Origin: Alphaproteobacteria bacterium
GTDB lineage: Bacteria; Pseudomonadota; Alphaproteobacteria; SP197
Length of the DNA stretch: 64,000 bases
Assembly: GCA_964291415.2 (NCBI GenBank)
Contig: OZ219920.1
Coordinates: forward strand, 320,001-384,000
Direction: 5' to 3'
A program made the position numbers and the translations under genes. Positions within the stretch are counted from its first letter, which is position 1; every line of letters starts with the position of its first letter. Below are positions 29,319 through 39,539 of the stretch, piece by piece. Under the pieces are notes generated by a model. That model was not told the DNA's origin, ran no database searches, and worked only from the letters and a program-made list of their open reading frames with translations.

Positions 29319-30496
29319 ACGGGGGTTCCCGGACTGGGTGCGTCTTCCTTCAGATAGCTGCCGAGGTCCGGGCGAACCGGTCCGCTCGCCCCGCCATGGA
29401 GGATGGCGAGTCCACTGTCGGCTTCAAAGAAGTGAAGCTGCTCAAGGTCGATGTAGAGAGGAATTCGGGCCCCGGGAACCGCCTGGAAGGTTGGCCCCTG
29501 CCTCACCGAGATTTCCTGTCCGTCGCCAAGGTCAGCGACGAGGATGACCTCCGGTCCGAGGACTTCGACAGCAACCACGCTGATATCGACCCTGTGATGG
29601 GTGCCGTCGGCAGGCTCCTCCGTGTGGACGTCCTCGGGTCGGATGCCGACCACGATCTCGGAACCGGCATGCCGTCTCAGCGGCGCCTGTCGGTGGCGCG
29701 GAATGGGCAGGTTGATCGCTGACAGTCCGACCTCGTCGACGCCGTGATGGCCTGTCAGCCGCGCCTTGAGGAGATTCATCGGCGGGCTGGCGAGGAAACC
29801 GGCGACGAAAGAGTCCGCCGGGTGCCGATAGACTTCGAGGGGTGGTCCGACCTGGATGATCCGGCCTTCCCGCATGATGCAGATACGCTCTCCCATGGTC
29901 ATGGCCTCGACCTGATCATGGGTGACATGCACGACGGTCTTGCCGAGCATGCGATGGATCTTGATGAGTTCCGTGCGCATGGCGGCGCGCAGTTTGGCGT
30001 CGAGGTTGGACAGGGGCTCGTCGAGAAGGAAGGCCTCGGGGTCACGGACCAGTGCCCGGCCCAGCGCCACCCGCTGTTGCTGGCCGCCGCTCAATTCACT
30101 GGGGCGGCGGTCCAGCAGGTCGTCGATTCCGAGCATGGCCGTGGTGTCGCGGATGCGCCTGTCAATGACGTCCCTTGGCGTCTTGCGGAGCTTCAGGCCA
30201 AAGGCAAGATTGCGTTCCACCGTCATGTGCGGATAGAGCGCGTAGTTCTGGAACACCACGGCAAGGTCGCGGTCTGCCGGATCGACGTCGTTGACGATCT
30301 CGCCATCGATCTTCAGGTTGCCCGCGGTCACTTCCTCGAGGCCGGCGATCATCCGAAGCGTGGTTGACTTGCCGCAGCCCGAAGGACCCAGCAGGACCAT
30401 GAACTCACCCTCACGGATTTCGAGATCGATGTTGTCGACCGCGAGAATGTCCTGGCCGTAGACCTTGGTCACACCTTCAAGAACGATGTTGGCCAC
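29315..30496 (-). CDS. Carbohydrate ABC transporter ATPase (MalK/UgpC-like)
   Basis: GPSGCGKST, LSGGQQQR, LLDEPLSNLD. Confidence 0.95.
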   Translation of the reverse strand: MANIVLEGVTKVYGQDILAVDNIDLEIREGEFMVLLGPSGCGKSTTLRMIAGLEEVTAGNLKIDGEIVNDVDPADRDLAVVFQNYALYPHMTVERNLAFGLKLRKTPRDVIDRRIRDTTAMLGIDDLLDRRPSELSGGQQQRVALGRALVRDPEAFLLDEPLSNLDAKLRAAMRTELIKIHRMLGKTVVHVTHDQVEAMTMGERICIMREGRIIQVGPPLEVYRHPADSFVAGFLASPPMNLLKARLTGHHGVDEVGLSAINLPIPRHRQAPLRRHAGSEIVVGIRPEDVHTEEPADGTHHRVDISVVAVEVLGPEVILVADLGDGQEISVRQGPTFQAVPGARIPLYIDLEQLHFFEADSGLAILHGGASGPVRPDLGSYLKEDAPSPGTPV

Positions 30497-30509
30497 GGGT
30501 GAGGTCCTC

Positions 30510-31406
30510 CTACTTCAGCGAGTTCATGTACCGGTAGAGATAGGCCGTCAGGGCCAGGATGATCACCAGGAGGCCGGCCGCCATGGCGGAGGCGCGCCCG
30601 ATATCGAGCCCGAAGAACGCGGCCCGGTAGATGTAGTAGCTGATGAGATCGGTGGCCGTGCCCGGTCCACCCTTGGTCATGATGAAGACGATGTCGAAGG
30701 TCTTGATGGCAAAGATCAGCCGCAACAGGACCGCCACTGCGATCACCGGCCGCATCAGGGGCAGGGTGATGTGGATGAAGCAGCTGATGGTCGAGGCGCC
30801 ATCCATGCGCGCCGCTTCGTAGGGTTCCCGTGGCAGTGCGGCCAGCCCGGCGACCAGCAGGATGGCCATGAAGGAGACCTGGTGCCAGATATCGGTCAGC
30901 ACCACGGTCCAGAAGGCGACATCGGCATCGCCGAGCCAGCTCACCGGCGAGATTCCGACGAGGCCGATGGCGTAGTTGACGATGCCGAGTTCCGAATGGA
31001 GCAGCATGCGCCACAGGAGACCGACGACGACGGGATTGATGAGAAGGGGGGCGAGCAGGATGAGGTAGTAGATCGATTGAAAGCGCCGGGTGGCATGAAG
31101 TGACAGGGCCACCGCAAAACCGATGATGAACTCGATGACGACGGATGCCAGGACGAACTTCGTCGTCACCCAGAGCGAGCCTGGCAGATACTCCTCGTCG
31201 AGCGCCTCCTGGTAATTCTCCAGGCCGACAAAGGTGTCGTAGTTGGGCGTCAGGAGCGTGTAGTCGTGGATGCTCGTGAACAGGGTGAAGAACAGCGGGA
31301 ACGTGATGACAAGGAGAAGGGCCAGGAGACCCGGCGCCGTGAGCAGAAGCCCGAAGCGCCGGTCTCTCCCGGCAAGTGTCAGTCCGCCAGCCGAGGCCAC
31401 GGACAT
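30510..31406 (-). CDS. Carbohydrate ABC transporter permease
   Basis: Multiple TMs; YEAARMDGAS EAA motif; TKGGPG. Confidence 0.93.
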   Translation of the reverse strand: MSVASAGGLTLAGRDRRFGLLLTAPGLLALLLVITFPLFFTLFTSIHDYTLLTPNYDTFVGLENYQEALDEEYLPGSLWVTTKFVLASVVIEFIIGFAVALSLHATRRFQSIYYLILLAPLLINPVVVGLLWRMLLHSELGIVNYAIGLVGISPVSWLGDADVAFWTVVLTDIWHQVSFMAILLVAGLAALPREPYEAARMDGASTISCFIHITLPLMRPVIAVAVLLRLIFAIKTFDIVFIMTKGGPGTATDLISYYIYRAAFFGLDIGRASAMAAGLLVIILALTAYLYRYMNSLK

Positions 31407-31424
31407 GATACGATGTCTCTGGGC

Positions 31425-32705
31425 CTACTCCTCGATCTTGCCGTCCTTGACGAGCAGGGCGTGCAGCTTCTCCTGGGCCGCGGCCATCGCCTCGGCAACC
31501 GGCTTTTCGCCGGTGGCCGCAAGATTGAGTTCCAGACCCACCTGTTCGACGAACTCCGTGGTGTACGTGAACACCGGGAAGTCCTTCGTTCCGGCAAGGA
31601 TCTCGCCCAGGATCGGGTAATAGGGCCGCGCGGCCATGACATCGGGATCGGTGAAGATCTGGGCCTGGGTCGGCGCTCCGCCGAGCATGGCCCGTTCCTT
31701 GGCCACCGCCGGTGATTCGGCCCACTTCATGAAGGTCCACGCGGCGTCCTTGTTCGGGCTGGAATTGGGAATCGCCCAGCCCCATCCACCATTCAGGCCG
31801 CCGCCCGGATTGGGCGTGATGCCGACCTTGCCGGCGACTTCGGAGGATTCAGGATCCTCGAAACCGGCATAGAGGATGTTGAAGGTCACGAAGCTGTAGG
31901 CCCGGCCCTGCGCCATCACGTTGAAGGCCTCATCGAAGCAGTACGCTTCGGAACCGGCCGGACTGTAGTTCTCCACGGCCTCCCGGTAGTACTCCATCGC
32001 CCGGATTGCTTCCGGAGAATCGAGCAGCGGATTCCAGTTCTCGTCGTGATAGAGGCCGCCCTGCGAATAGAGGTAGTTGGCCCACTGCATCGAGATGCAG
32101 TCACCTCGCTGGCCCTGGATGACCGTGCCGTAGAGGTCCCGGTTGCCGTCCCCATCGGTGTCGCGGGTGAAAAACTCGACCTGCTTCCAGTACTCGTCCC
32201 AGGTTTGCGGCACCCTGAGTTCCATGCCGTAGGCTTCCTGGAAGGCCGCCTGCTCGTCGGCATCGTCGATCAGGTCCTGGCGATAGATGAGCGCCATCGA
32301 GTAGTTGTAGAAGGGCAGCATGTAGAGAACGCCGTCGACCCTGCCCACCAGATCCATGAGCTTGGGCACATAGACGTCGACATCCACGCCGTCGCGTTCG
32401 ACAAGGTCGTCGAGCGGCATCAACCAGCCGGCCTTGGTGAACTCGCCGACCCAGTAGAAGTCGACCACGATGAGATCGTAGCTTCCTTCCGGGGCAATGA
32501 GCTGCGGCACCAGCTTCGAGTGCATGTCGATGTAGCTGATGGCCTCGATTTCGACATTGATGCCGGTTTCCTCCTCGAACTGAGGCAACAGCTCCTGGAT
32601 GTACCGGGTATCGGGAACCGTCTCCATGAGGATTCGGATGGTCTGTGCCTGGGCGGCGCTGACGACGAGGGCCAGCGCGGCCATGACAGAAAGGAACAAT
32701 CTCAT
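31425..32705 (-). CDS. Carbohydrate ABC transporter substrate-binding protein
   Basis: Sec signal (AQA); FEEETGINVEIE, PQTWDE, GGWGWAI. Confidence 0.92.
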   Translation of the reverse strand: MRLFLSVMAALALVVSAAQAQTIRILMETVPDTRYIQELLPQFEEETGINVEIEAISYIDMHSKLVPQLIAPEGSYDLIVVDFYWVGEFTKAGWLMPLDDLVERDGVDVDVYVPKLMDLVGRVDGVLYMLPFYNYSMALIYRQDLIDDADEQAAFQEAYGMELRVPQTWDEYWKQVEFFTRDTDGDGNRDLYGTVIQGQRGDCISMQWANYLYSQGGLYHDENWNPLLDSPEAIRAMEYYREAVENYSPAGSEAYCFDEAFNVMAQGRAYSFVTFNILYAGFEDPESSEVAGKVGITPNPGGGLNGGWGWAIPNSSPNKDAAWTFMKWAESPAVAKERAMLGGAPTQAQIFTDPDVMAARPYYPILGEILAGTKDFPVFTYTTEFVEQVGLELNLAATGEKPVAEAMAAAQEKLHALLVKDGKIEE

Positions 32706-32769
32706 GATCCACCTCCACTAGTTGTTGAACAGTAACGACGCAATGACGACTCCGTTGATCGATTGATGC

Positions 32770-33621
32770 CTACTTCAATGCCCCCAGTGAGAGGCCCTTG
32801 ATGAGGTAGCGGCGCAGGAAAGGCAGCAGCACGATGGCCGGCAGAATGGCGCAGATCGTCGCCGCCGACAGCAGCGCGATGTCGACTCCCCGGTGGGTCT
32901 GGAATGACGACAGGCCAACCGGCAATGTGTTCGTGTGCGGACCGCTCAGGATGAGGGCATAGAGGAACTCGTTCCAGCTGAGCAGGAAGGCGAGCAGTCC
33001 GGCCGCCAGAATTCCCGGGGCGGCCACGGGCAGCGTGATGCGTACCAGCGCCTGGAAGCGGGTGGCGCCATCGGTGCGCGCGGCCTGCTCGAGTATGGCC
33101 ACCTCGCCGTCGAAGAAGGCGACCAGGAGCCATGCAAGAAAGGGCAGGCTGAGCGTCATGTGCGCCAGGATGAGGCCGGGGAGCGTGTTGATGAGCGACG
33201 CCTTGAGGAAGAGCGTGAAGAGCGGCAGGACGAGGATGACCGGCGGCAGCATCTGACTCGACAGGACGAACAGGCGCAGCGACAGGCCGCCGGTGTTGTA
33301 GCGGGCAAAGGCGTAGGCCAGTCCCACCGCCAGCGGCAGGGCGAACATCGTGGCGCCGAGGGCGACCGTGGCGCTGTTGAGGAAGTAGCTGAAGAAGGGG
33401 TAGCCGGTGAAGATCTCGATGAAGTTGTCGAGATTCGCCTGACCCCACTCGGGCGGAATCTTGTAGGCGGTCGACTTGTCGGTCAGGGCGACCCGGAGCA
33501 GCCACAGAAGGGGAAGCAGAATCACCGCGCTGAACACCACAAGGATGCTGTGGGGCAACAGCCAGGAAAGGAATCTCCAACGTCCTCGTTTCCTCATGGC
33601 GCCACGGATGTTCGCAGTCAT
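32770..33621 (-). CDS. Carbohydrate ABC transporter permease
   Basis: LEQAARTDGA, SWNEFLYA, IKGLSLGALK. Confidence 0.93.
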   Translation of the reverse strand: MTANIRGAMRKRGRWRFLSWLLPHSILVVFSAVILLPLLWLLRVALTDKSTAYKIPPEWGQANLDNFIEIFTGYPFFSYFLNSATVALGATMFALPLAVGLAYAFARYNTGGLSLRLFVLSSQMLPPVILVLPLFTLFLKASLINTLPGLILAHMTLSLPFLAWLLVAFFDGEVAILEQAARTDGATRFQALVRITLPVAAPGILAAGLLAFLLSWNEFLYALILSGPHTNTLPVGLSSFQTHRGVDIALLSAATICAILPAIVLLPFLRRYLIKGLSLGALK

Positions 33622-33797
33622 TCCCTCATCGACATCCAGGCGCGCTCAGAAGCTCCCCCAAGGCTCTGGAAGCACGAAGTCTGCGACATGGCGAGGGCTT
33701 CTTCAACAGCAAATCGGCCGTCAAGGATCACTCTTGCATGTGAACCGCGGGCGGCTGCCTCTATGCTGGTTGCGGGTCAGCGGGAACTGTCAGCGGG

Positions 33798-34901
33798 ATG
33801 CCGGAAGTCTTCGCCAGCGGTCATGCGGTCGCATCGGACTGGCAGGAAGCGGTGCGATCGGTCGCCGCTCAGCTTGGCGACCTCGATGACGACGACATCG
33901 GTTTTGTCTATGTCACGGACCATGTCGCCCATCATCTGCACGATGTCGTCAGTTTTCTGGCCGCGGCGACCGGGCTTGATCAATGGTGCGGAACCGTGGG
34001 CATCGGCGTCCTGTCCAATCCGGTCGAGTCGTTTGACAAACCGGCGATCGTCGCGCTTGCGTGCCGCCTGCCGGGCGCCAGGGCCCACGTCTTTCGCAGT
34101 GTCGACGAGGCGGTCGGGAGGTGGCGGCAGCCGGATTCCGGCGATACGGCCGGGTTCGGCATCGTCCATGGTGATCCGCGCCACGCCGATGTCCTCGACG
34201 GCCTCGTCCGCCTTGCCCGCGAGACGGGCAGCTATCTGGTGGGCGGTCTCGCTTCATCGCGGGCCGGATCTCCCACCCATGCCGGCGGCGCCGCCGGTGA
34301 CGGTCTTTCGGGCGTGCTGCTGAGCGGGGCTCGGGTCGCCACGGCGCTGACCCAGGGATGTTCACTGCTCGACGGCTCCCACGAAGTCACAAGGGCCGAC
34401 GGCAACGCGGTCCTCGAACTGGATGGCCGGCCCGTGTTCGACGTGCTCGGGGAGAGATTCTCCGGCGCCCGGGGGTCTGAGCGGCCCGTCGACCCGGCGT
34501 CACTCCATGTGGCATTGCCCATTGCCGGATCGGACGCCGGCGCGTTTGTGGTCCGCAACATCGTCGGCATCGATCCCGACCAGCATGCGATGCTGTTGGC
34601 AGAAGACGTCAGCCGCGGCGACGTGCTGATGTTCTGTGTGCGTGACCATGAAGCTGCCGAGGCGGACTTGAGACGCATGCTGCAATCCCTCAAGTCCCGG
34701 GTGTCCCGGCCTCTCGGCGGGCTCTACTTCAGCTGCCTTGCCCGCGGGCCCCACATGTTCGGCGCCGTCAATCGGGAGATGGAGATCATCCGTGATGTCC
34801 TGGGCGACGTGCCGGTGGCCGGCTTCTTCTCCAACGGCGAAATCTCGCTCGACCGTCTCTACGCCTATACCGGAGTTCTCACCCTGTTCAGGGACGATTG
34901 A
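33798..34901 (+). CDS. FIST signal-transduction domain protein
   Basis: GTVGIGV, LVGGLASS, TQGC, YFSCLARG, AGFFSNGEI..LYAYTGVL. Confidence 0.9.
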   Translation: MPEVFASGHAVASDWQEAVRSVAAQLGDLDDDDIGFVYVTDHVAHHLHDVVSFLAAATGLDQWCGTVGIGVLSNPVESFDKPAIVALACRLPGARAHVFRSVDEAVGRWRQPDSGDTAGFGIVHGDPRHADVLDGLVRLARETGSYLVGGLASSRAGSPTHAGGAAGDGLSGVLLSGARVATALTQGCSLLDGSHEVTRADGNAVLELDGRPVFDVLGERFSGARGSERPVDPASLHVALPIAGSDAGAFVVRNIVGIDPDQHAMLLAEDVSRGDVLMFCVRDHEAAEADLRRMLQSLKSRVSRPLGGLYFSCLARGPHMFGAVNREMEIIRDVLGDVPVAGFFSNGEISLDRLYAYTGVLTLFRDD

Positions 34902-34907
34902 GCAGGA

Positions 34908-35942
34908 TCACTCCTCCAGGGTCGTGCGGACGGGGGAGTCGGGAAAGAAGGCGTGCCAGGCGAAGGCGAAGTCGACCATGTAGACGACATCGACCGGGCC
35001 GGACTGCGTCATGCGCTGCACGGTGACATTGCCCACATCGACTCCGGACGCGATATCGCGGGTGTCGAGTGCCGACGCCTGGCCGGGCTCCCATGTGATG
35101 ACGAGGTCGCCCTCGACGAGCTGCCCCTCCTGGCGGAGAAGATCGAGGGACCATGCCGTGTCGTCCACGCGCACCACCCGCGCCAACGGCGCGATGTCCG
35201 GCGGAAGGTCGCCCCGGAAGAAGCCGAGGGGGCTGGTTCTGCTGTCGTAGCCGGCGTAGGGCGTCCAGCCGTAGGGCCGCTGGAAGGCGTCGCCGGCGAC
35301 CAGCACCGTGCCGTCGGGGTGTCGTTGGCGGAATCGGTCATAGGACTCGAGCCTCGAGGGCCAGGCCTCGAGCTTCGTTCCGGTCATCGCGCCGACGATG
35401 GCACGACCGGTGAACTGCTGCCACCAGCTCTCGGTCTGGCGGTCGTACATGACAAGATCGGAATGGCGCAGCTTTCCGGTGACGCCAAAGTCAAGAACGG
35501 TGCCGTCAACCTCCCTCTTGAACACGATTCCCGTGTTGCAGAGCGGGCAGTAGGTCACGGACAGAGGCACACCGTTGATGTCATCGTTGACGATTTCGTG
35601 CCAGACCAGGATGCGCAGGGGATAGGCCCGCGCCGCGCCATCGACCGTGACGGAGATCACCGGTTCGACGCCGGGAAGACCGTCATGGTCGGCAACGGAA
35701 ACGGTGCGCGGGTCGTCGATGGCCGGAATGCCGTCCTTCGGCGGTCCGCCGGAGAGGATGTCTGCGAGATCGATCGCGTGCCGGGAGAAGTCCGTGTTCG
35801 GCCATTCGTGGCGCCACAACTCCTCGCTGGCGGACGCCCACGGTGCCTGCGCGAGGACGAACGCCGCTGCGAGCATCAGCGTGCGGGCCCTAGGCCGTCC
35901 CGGTGGTCGCGTTTCACGTACGATCCCGTTCCCGGAATTCAT
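34908..35942 (-). CDS. Exported DUF3179 family protein
   Basis: WPNTDFS..SGGPPKDGIPAID, WHEIVND, TYCPLCN, FGVTGKL, FAFAWHAF. Confidence 0.88.
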   Translation of the reverse strand: MNSGNGIVRETRPPGRPRARTLMLAAAFVLAQAPWASASEELWRHEWPNTDFSRHAIDLADILSGGPPKDGIPAIDDPRTVSVADHDGLPGVEPVISVTVDGAARAYPLRILVWHEIVNDDINGVPLSVTYCPLCNTGIVFKREVDGTVLDFGVTGKLRHSDLVMYDRQTESWWQQFTGRAIVGAMTGTKLEAWPSRLESYDRFRQRHPDGTVLVAGDAFQRPYGWTPYAGYDSRTSPLGFFRGDLPPDIAPLARVVRVDDTAWSLDLLRQEGQLVEGDLVITWEPGQASALDTRDIASGVDVGNVTVQRMTQSGPVDVVYMVDFAFAWHAFFPDSPVRTTLEE

Positions 35943-36163
35943 GATGCAGCGCTGAAGCTGGAGACGGGCGAGAATGGCCCGATGTACCCGGTCGACAAGA
36001 CCGCCGCCGCCCAGTCGTCCGCATCGGCGTCGGTCATGAGAGTTGTCACCATTGCGGGCGGTCTCCATGGGCGCGACCGTCTCGCGGAGGAGGCAGCCGT
36101 CCTTTCGCTGCCCGAGCAAGGTCGCCGGGCGAACCGTACAGTGTAACCGGCGACCTTGTCAGC

Positions 36164-37264
36164 TTACATGCCGAGCGTGACCTCTTCCCAGAGCCTCACG
36201 TACTTTTCGTCGAACTCTTTCGGTATCGGCTTCAGGAAGTTGCCGATCTCCAGGAACCTGTTGGGATCGGGCAAACCGACTTCCTCAAGACGTTCTGCCG
36301 GAACCAGATCGAAAGCCTTGGCGTTGCCGTGACCATAACCGTACTCACTGATCAAGAAGGCCCCGGCCTCGGGCGACATCATGGCGTCAAGAAAGTCATA
36401 GACACGTTCGTCGCTGCTGACTCGGAGTTCCGGAACGGTGAGGACGAGGCCGCAGACCCAGGTGCGCGCGCCTTCCTTGGGAGTCATGAATTTGACCTGA
36501 AGACCCTCGTCTTTCATCGGCTTGACAAGACTGTTCCAGGCGTAGGTCGCGACTATCTCGCCGGCAGCCATGGCCTGGCCGGCCTCCGACTGGCTGTCCC
36601 AGTAGAACCGAAGCAATCCACGCTGCTTCACAAGGAGCTTCCTGATCTCTTCGAGCTGCGCGTCGGTCAGCGTTTCGAGATTCTCGTAGCCGAGTATCAT
36701 GGCCGGGACCTGCACGCCGGGGTATGGCGCGTTGTAGGTCGCGAGCTTGCCCTCATAGCGCTCGTCAAACAGCAGACTCCAGGACTCTTCCTCGATTTCG
36801 ACAATATCGGTACGGTAGAGGATCGACGAATTGCCCCATTCAAACGGAATGAACAGGTTTTCGCCGTCAGCGGTGAGGGTTTCGTCGATCTGCGCGAATA
36901 CCTCGAAGTAGTCCTCCCAGTGCTTCAGCCGCTCGGTGTCGATCGGCGCAAGGAGTCCGGCTTCGTACCACGGAGTGACGTTGTCCGAACAGGGATGGGA
37001 AACGTCGGCGCGGTAGCCTGCGCGGAGTTTCTGCATGGCTTCATTCACACTGGCGAAGTACCCGATGTCCGGCGAGACGCCGTACTTGTCGATGTAGCTC
37101 TGATGGAGCTCGGGCAGCTCGTAGCCCGCCCAGGTCAAGTAGTGCGCTTCCGCGTCCTGGGCCGAGGCGTTGCGCGTCACCAATGGCACGGTCGCGACGC
37201 CCAGCCCCAACGAGGCGAGTGTCTGGCTGAACTCACGCCGGCCCATGCGGCCCGACAGCAACAT
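36164..37264 (-). CDS. PotD/PotF-like ABC substrate-binding protein, Tat-exported
   Basis: GRREF; TWAGYE, PFEWGNSSILYR, PKEG; paralogue of 22524-23663. Confidence 0.87.
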   Translation of the reverse strand: MLLSGRMGRREFSQTLASLGLGVATVPLVTRNASAQDAEAHYLTWAGYELPELHQSYIDKYGVSPDIGYFASVNEAMQKLRAGYRADVSHPCSDNVTPWYEAGLLAPIDTERLKHWEDYFEVFAQIDETLTADGENLFIPFEWGNSSILYRTDIVEIEEESWSLLFDERYEGKLATYNAPYPGVQVPAMILGYENLETLTDAQLEEIRKLLVKQRGLLRFYWDSQSEAGQAMAAGEIVATYAWNSLVKPMKDEGLQVKFMTPKEGARTWVCGLVLTVPELRVSSDERVYDFLDAMMSPEAGAFLISEYGYGHGNAKAFDLVPAERLEEVGLPDPNRFLEIGNFLKPIPKEFDEKYVRLWEEVTLGM

Positions 37265-37508
37265 GTCAATAGGATCCCTTGTTGAGGCTTCTGCGTTGTA
37301 GCGATTTTGGCGCGGTGCGGCATGAGCCTTGGCTCTGCGGTCGCCGGTGAGTCACCTTCCACGGGCCCTGGGGCCGGCGTCAGGCGACCGGTTTGACGTT
37401 GTGGCGCGGGATGTCGGGCGCTGTTGAGACCCGGCGGCGGCGTTCAGGCGTGCGGAAGCCGTCCGCGTGATGGATCTCGCGGACGCCGGGCGGTCGTGTC
37501 CGCCGGGA

Positions 37509-38975
37509 TCAGCCTGGATCGGGTGGGGCTGCTGCCCGCACGAGACTCCGCATCAGGTGTGGCTGCCGTTCTTCGGCGCTGGCATGAGCCAGGGCCATCA
37601 TGACGGCAAGGGCGAGGTTGATCCGCGCCGTCATCCGGCCCAGGCCGCGGATGTGGTGATGCTCGAGGCCGAAGTTCTGGTCGAGGCGGGCGTTGATGCG
37701 TTCCAGAGCCGTGCGCCCGCGGTAGCGGCGTTGCCAGGTCAGCGAGCTGCGCGGCGTCGGGGTGAAGATGCGGCGGTCGGTGTCGAGGGGAACACGGACG
37801 ATGCGGCCGTAGCCTTGTGAGTGACAGTCGCCGGCGGCCTCGCAGTCCTTCCGGCCCTGGCATGCGAACCCGTAGGTCGCTGCGGGGCAGCGGTACTTCA
37901 GAGTTCCCCTCGTCGCCTCGAAGCCGTGGAAGGCGAGATCGCGCTCGGTGCCGGTCTCGGGGCAGATGCAGCGCACCTCGCCGCGTTCCGTGTAGACGAT
38001 GGTGTCGGCCTTCCCGGCATGGAGCGGCCGGGTGATGGGCTTCGTGCGGTCATGGCCGGGCTCGGCCTTCTCGTCGCGCCACATCTGGCGCACATCGATG
38101 ATCGGGCGGACCCGCCAGGTCTCCCACAGGGTCTGCTTGAGAGGCCCGCTGTCGTAGCCCCGGTCGGCACTCATGTCCTGGCAGCGCAAGGCCAGGTCCG
38201 GAGTGTCCTCGAACACGTCCTCCAGCAGCGTCTCGAAGGTCGTCACCTCCGAGGCCGACGCCTTCGTCACCGCCGCCGCCACGGGGATCTCGTAGGTGGT
38301 GTCGGCGATCAGGTGAAGGGTGTAGCCGAACCACGTCTTGACCTTGGTCCACGCCTTGCCCTCGGCGGTCACGCCCCTGGTCTCGTGCCGGCCCCAGTCG
38401 GCATCGCGATCCGACGTCTGTCCTGTTGCCGCGTTGACCGTGCCCGTTGACTTGCTCGCCACCGCCGTGCCGTCGCAGCCCAGATGGGCGCCGAAGTCGG
38501 GGATGAGATCGATCAGGCGATGACGCAGCTCGACGATCATCTCGGACAGCAGTCCCTCCTCCTCTTCAACCTTGAGCAGGGAGGCGACGAAGCGCGAGAC
38601 GTTCCAGCTCGAGGGGATCGACGAACGCTCCGGGGGACGGATGATGTGGATCACCTTGCTGTGCGGATCCTGGACAAGCTTGCGCCGGCCCCGCGTCGGC
38701 ACCGGATGGAAGCCGCAGGCATCGAGCAGGGCCGGGTTGCGGTTGAGCTCTCTCAGGAGAGCCTCGATGGAGGGATGCTGGAACACCATGCCGGCCACCA
38801 GGGCCCGCCACATGGCGCGAACCGGATAGTCGTTGCGGCCGCGGCTGCGGCGCCTCTCGAGGGCCGCGATGAGCGCCTCGTCGGGCAGGGCGTCGAGGAC
38901 CCGCCTGAGGCGCTCGAGATCGCCAAGGCTCTCGACGTGGGACCAGGAAAGAAGTAAAGGAGTGTGTGTCGTCAT
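37509..38975 (-). mobile_element. Insertion sequence DDE transposase (IS1182/IS5-like; ends not identified)
   Basis: GRNDYPVRAMW N-domain; CDGT, WFGYTLHL, ADRGYD, YRGRTALERINARL; RBS ggagg. Confidence 0.85.
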
Positions 38976-39539
38976 GGCGCGTGTCGGACCTCCTTCGCGA
39001 GGTGGGCTTTGACACTCGAGACATAGCCCATGGCGACACTTTTTGTCCACATGAACAGCCAGTTATTCCACACCGCGCGATACGTGACGGATCTGGATCG
39101 CATCGCGCGCGAACGCTCCGGGACGGCGTGTGGGAAGCCTGTGGGGTGGAATCCCGACGGATGAGCCGGCGCCGGTAAGGCGAATCGCGTCTTCTCAGGC
39201 AGTTGCCGAGCGCCGGTTGGGGTAACAAATATTCCGGACCCCAACTTCCCTGCATCATCTCAGTGAATTACAAACAACGCAGAGGTCTCTTGTTGTCATG
39301 GTTTCCTCCCAATCATTGTCAAATTGGAATTCTTCCAAGAATAGCACCACGGCCGGTAGGCAACAAGGAAACCGGCCGGCGATCCCTTCATCCGGAACAA
39401 CCGCTGACGGCTCTACTGCGCGGGCCATTGTCGAACGCGCCAGAACCGCAGCCTCGGCGCAGCCGGAACGATGGGGGATCGGGCCCGTAGGCCTGAGGCA
39501 TCTCTTCTGACGACGGCCGAGTTTCGATACCATGCGTCG

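Noticed and set aside
39043-39072. DnaA-box-like 9-mers (ttgtccaca, tattccaca) upstream of the transposase
   Set aside because: Both mismatch the consensus; no origin context.
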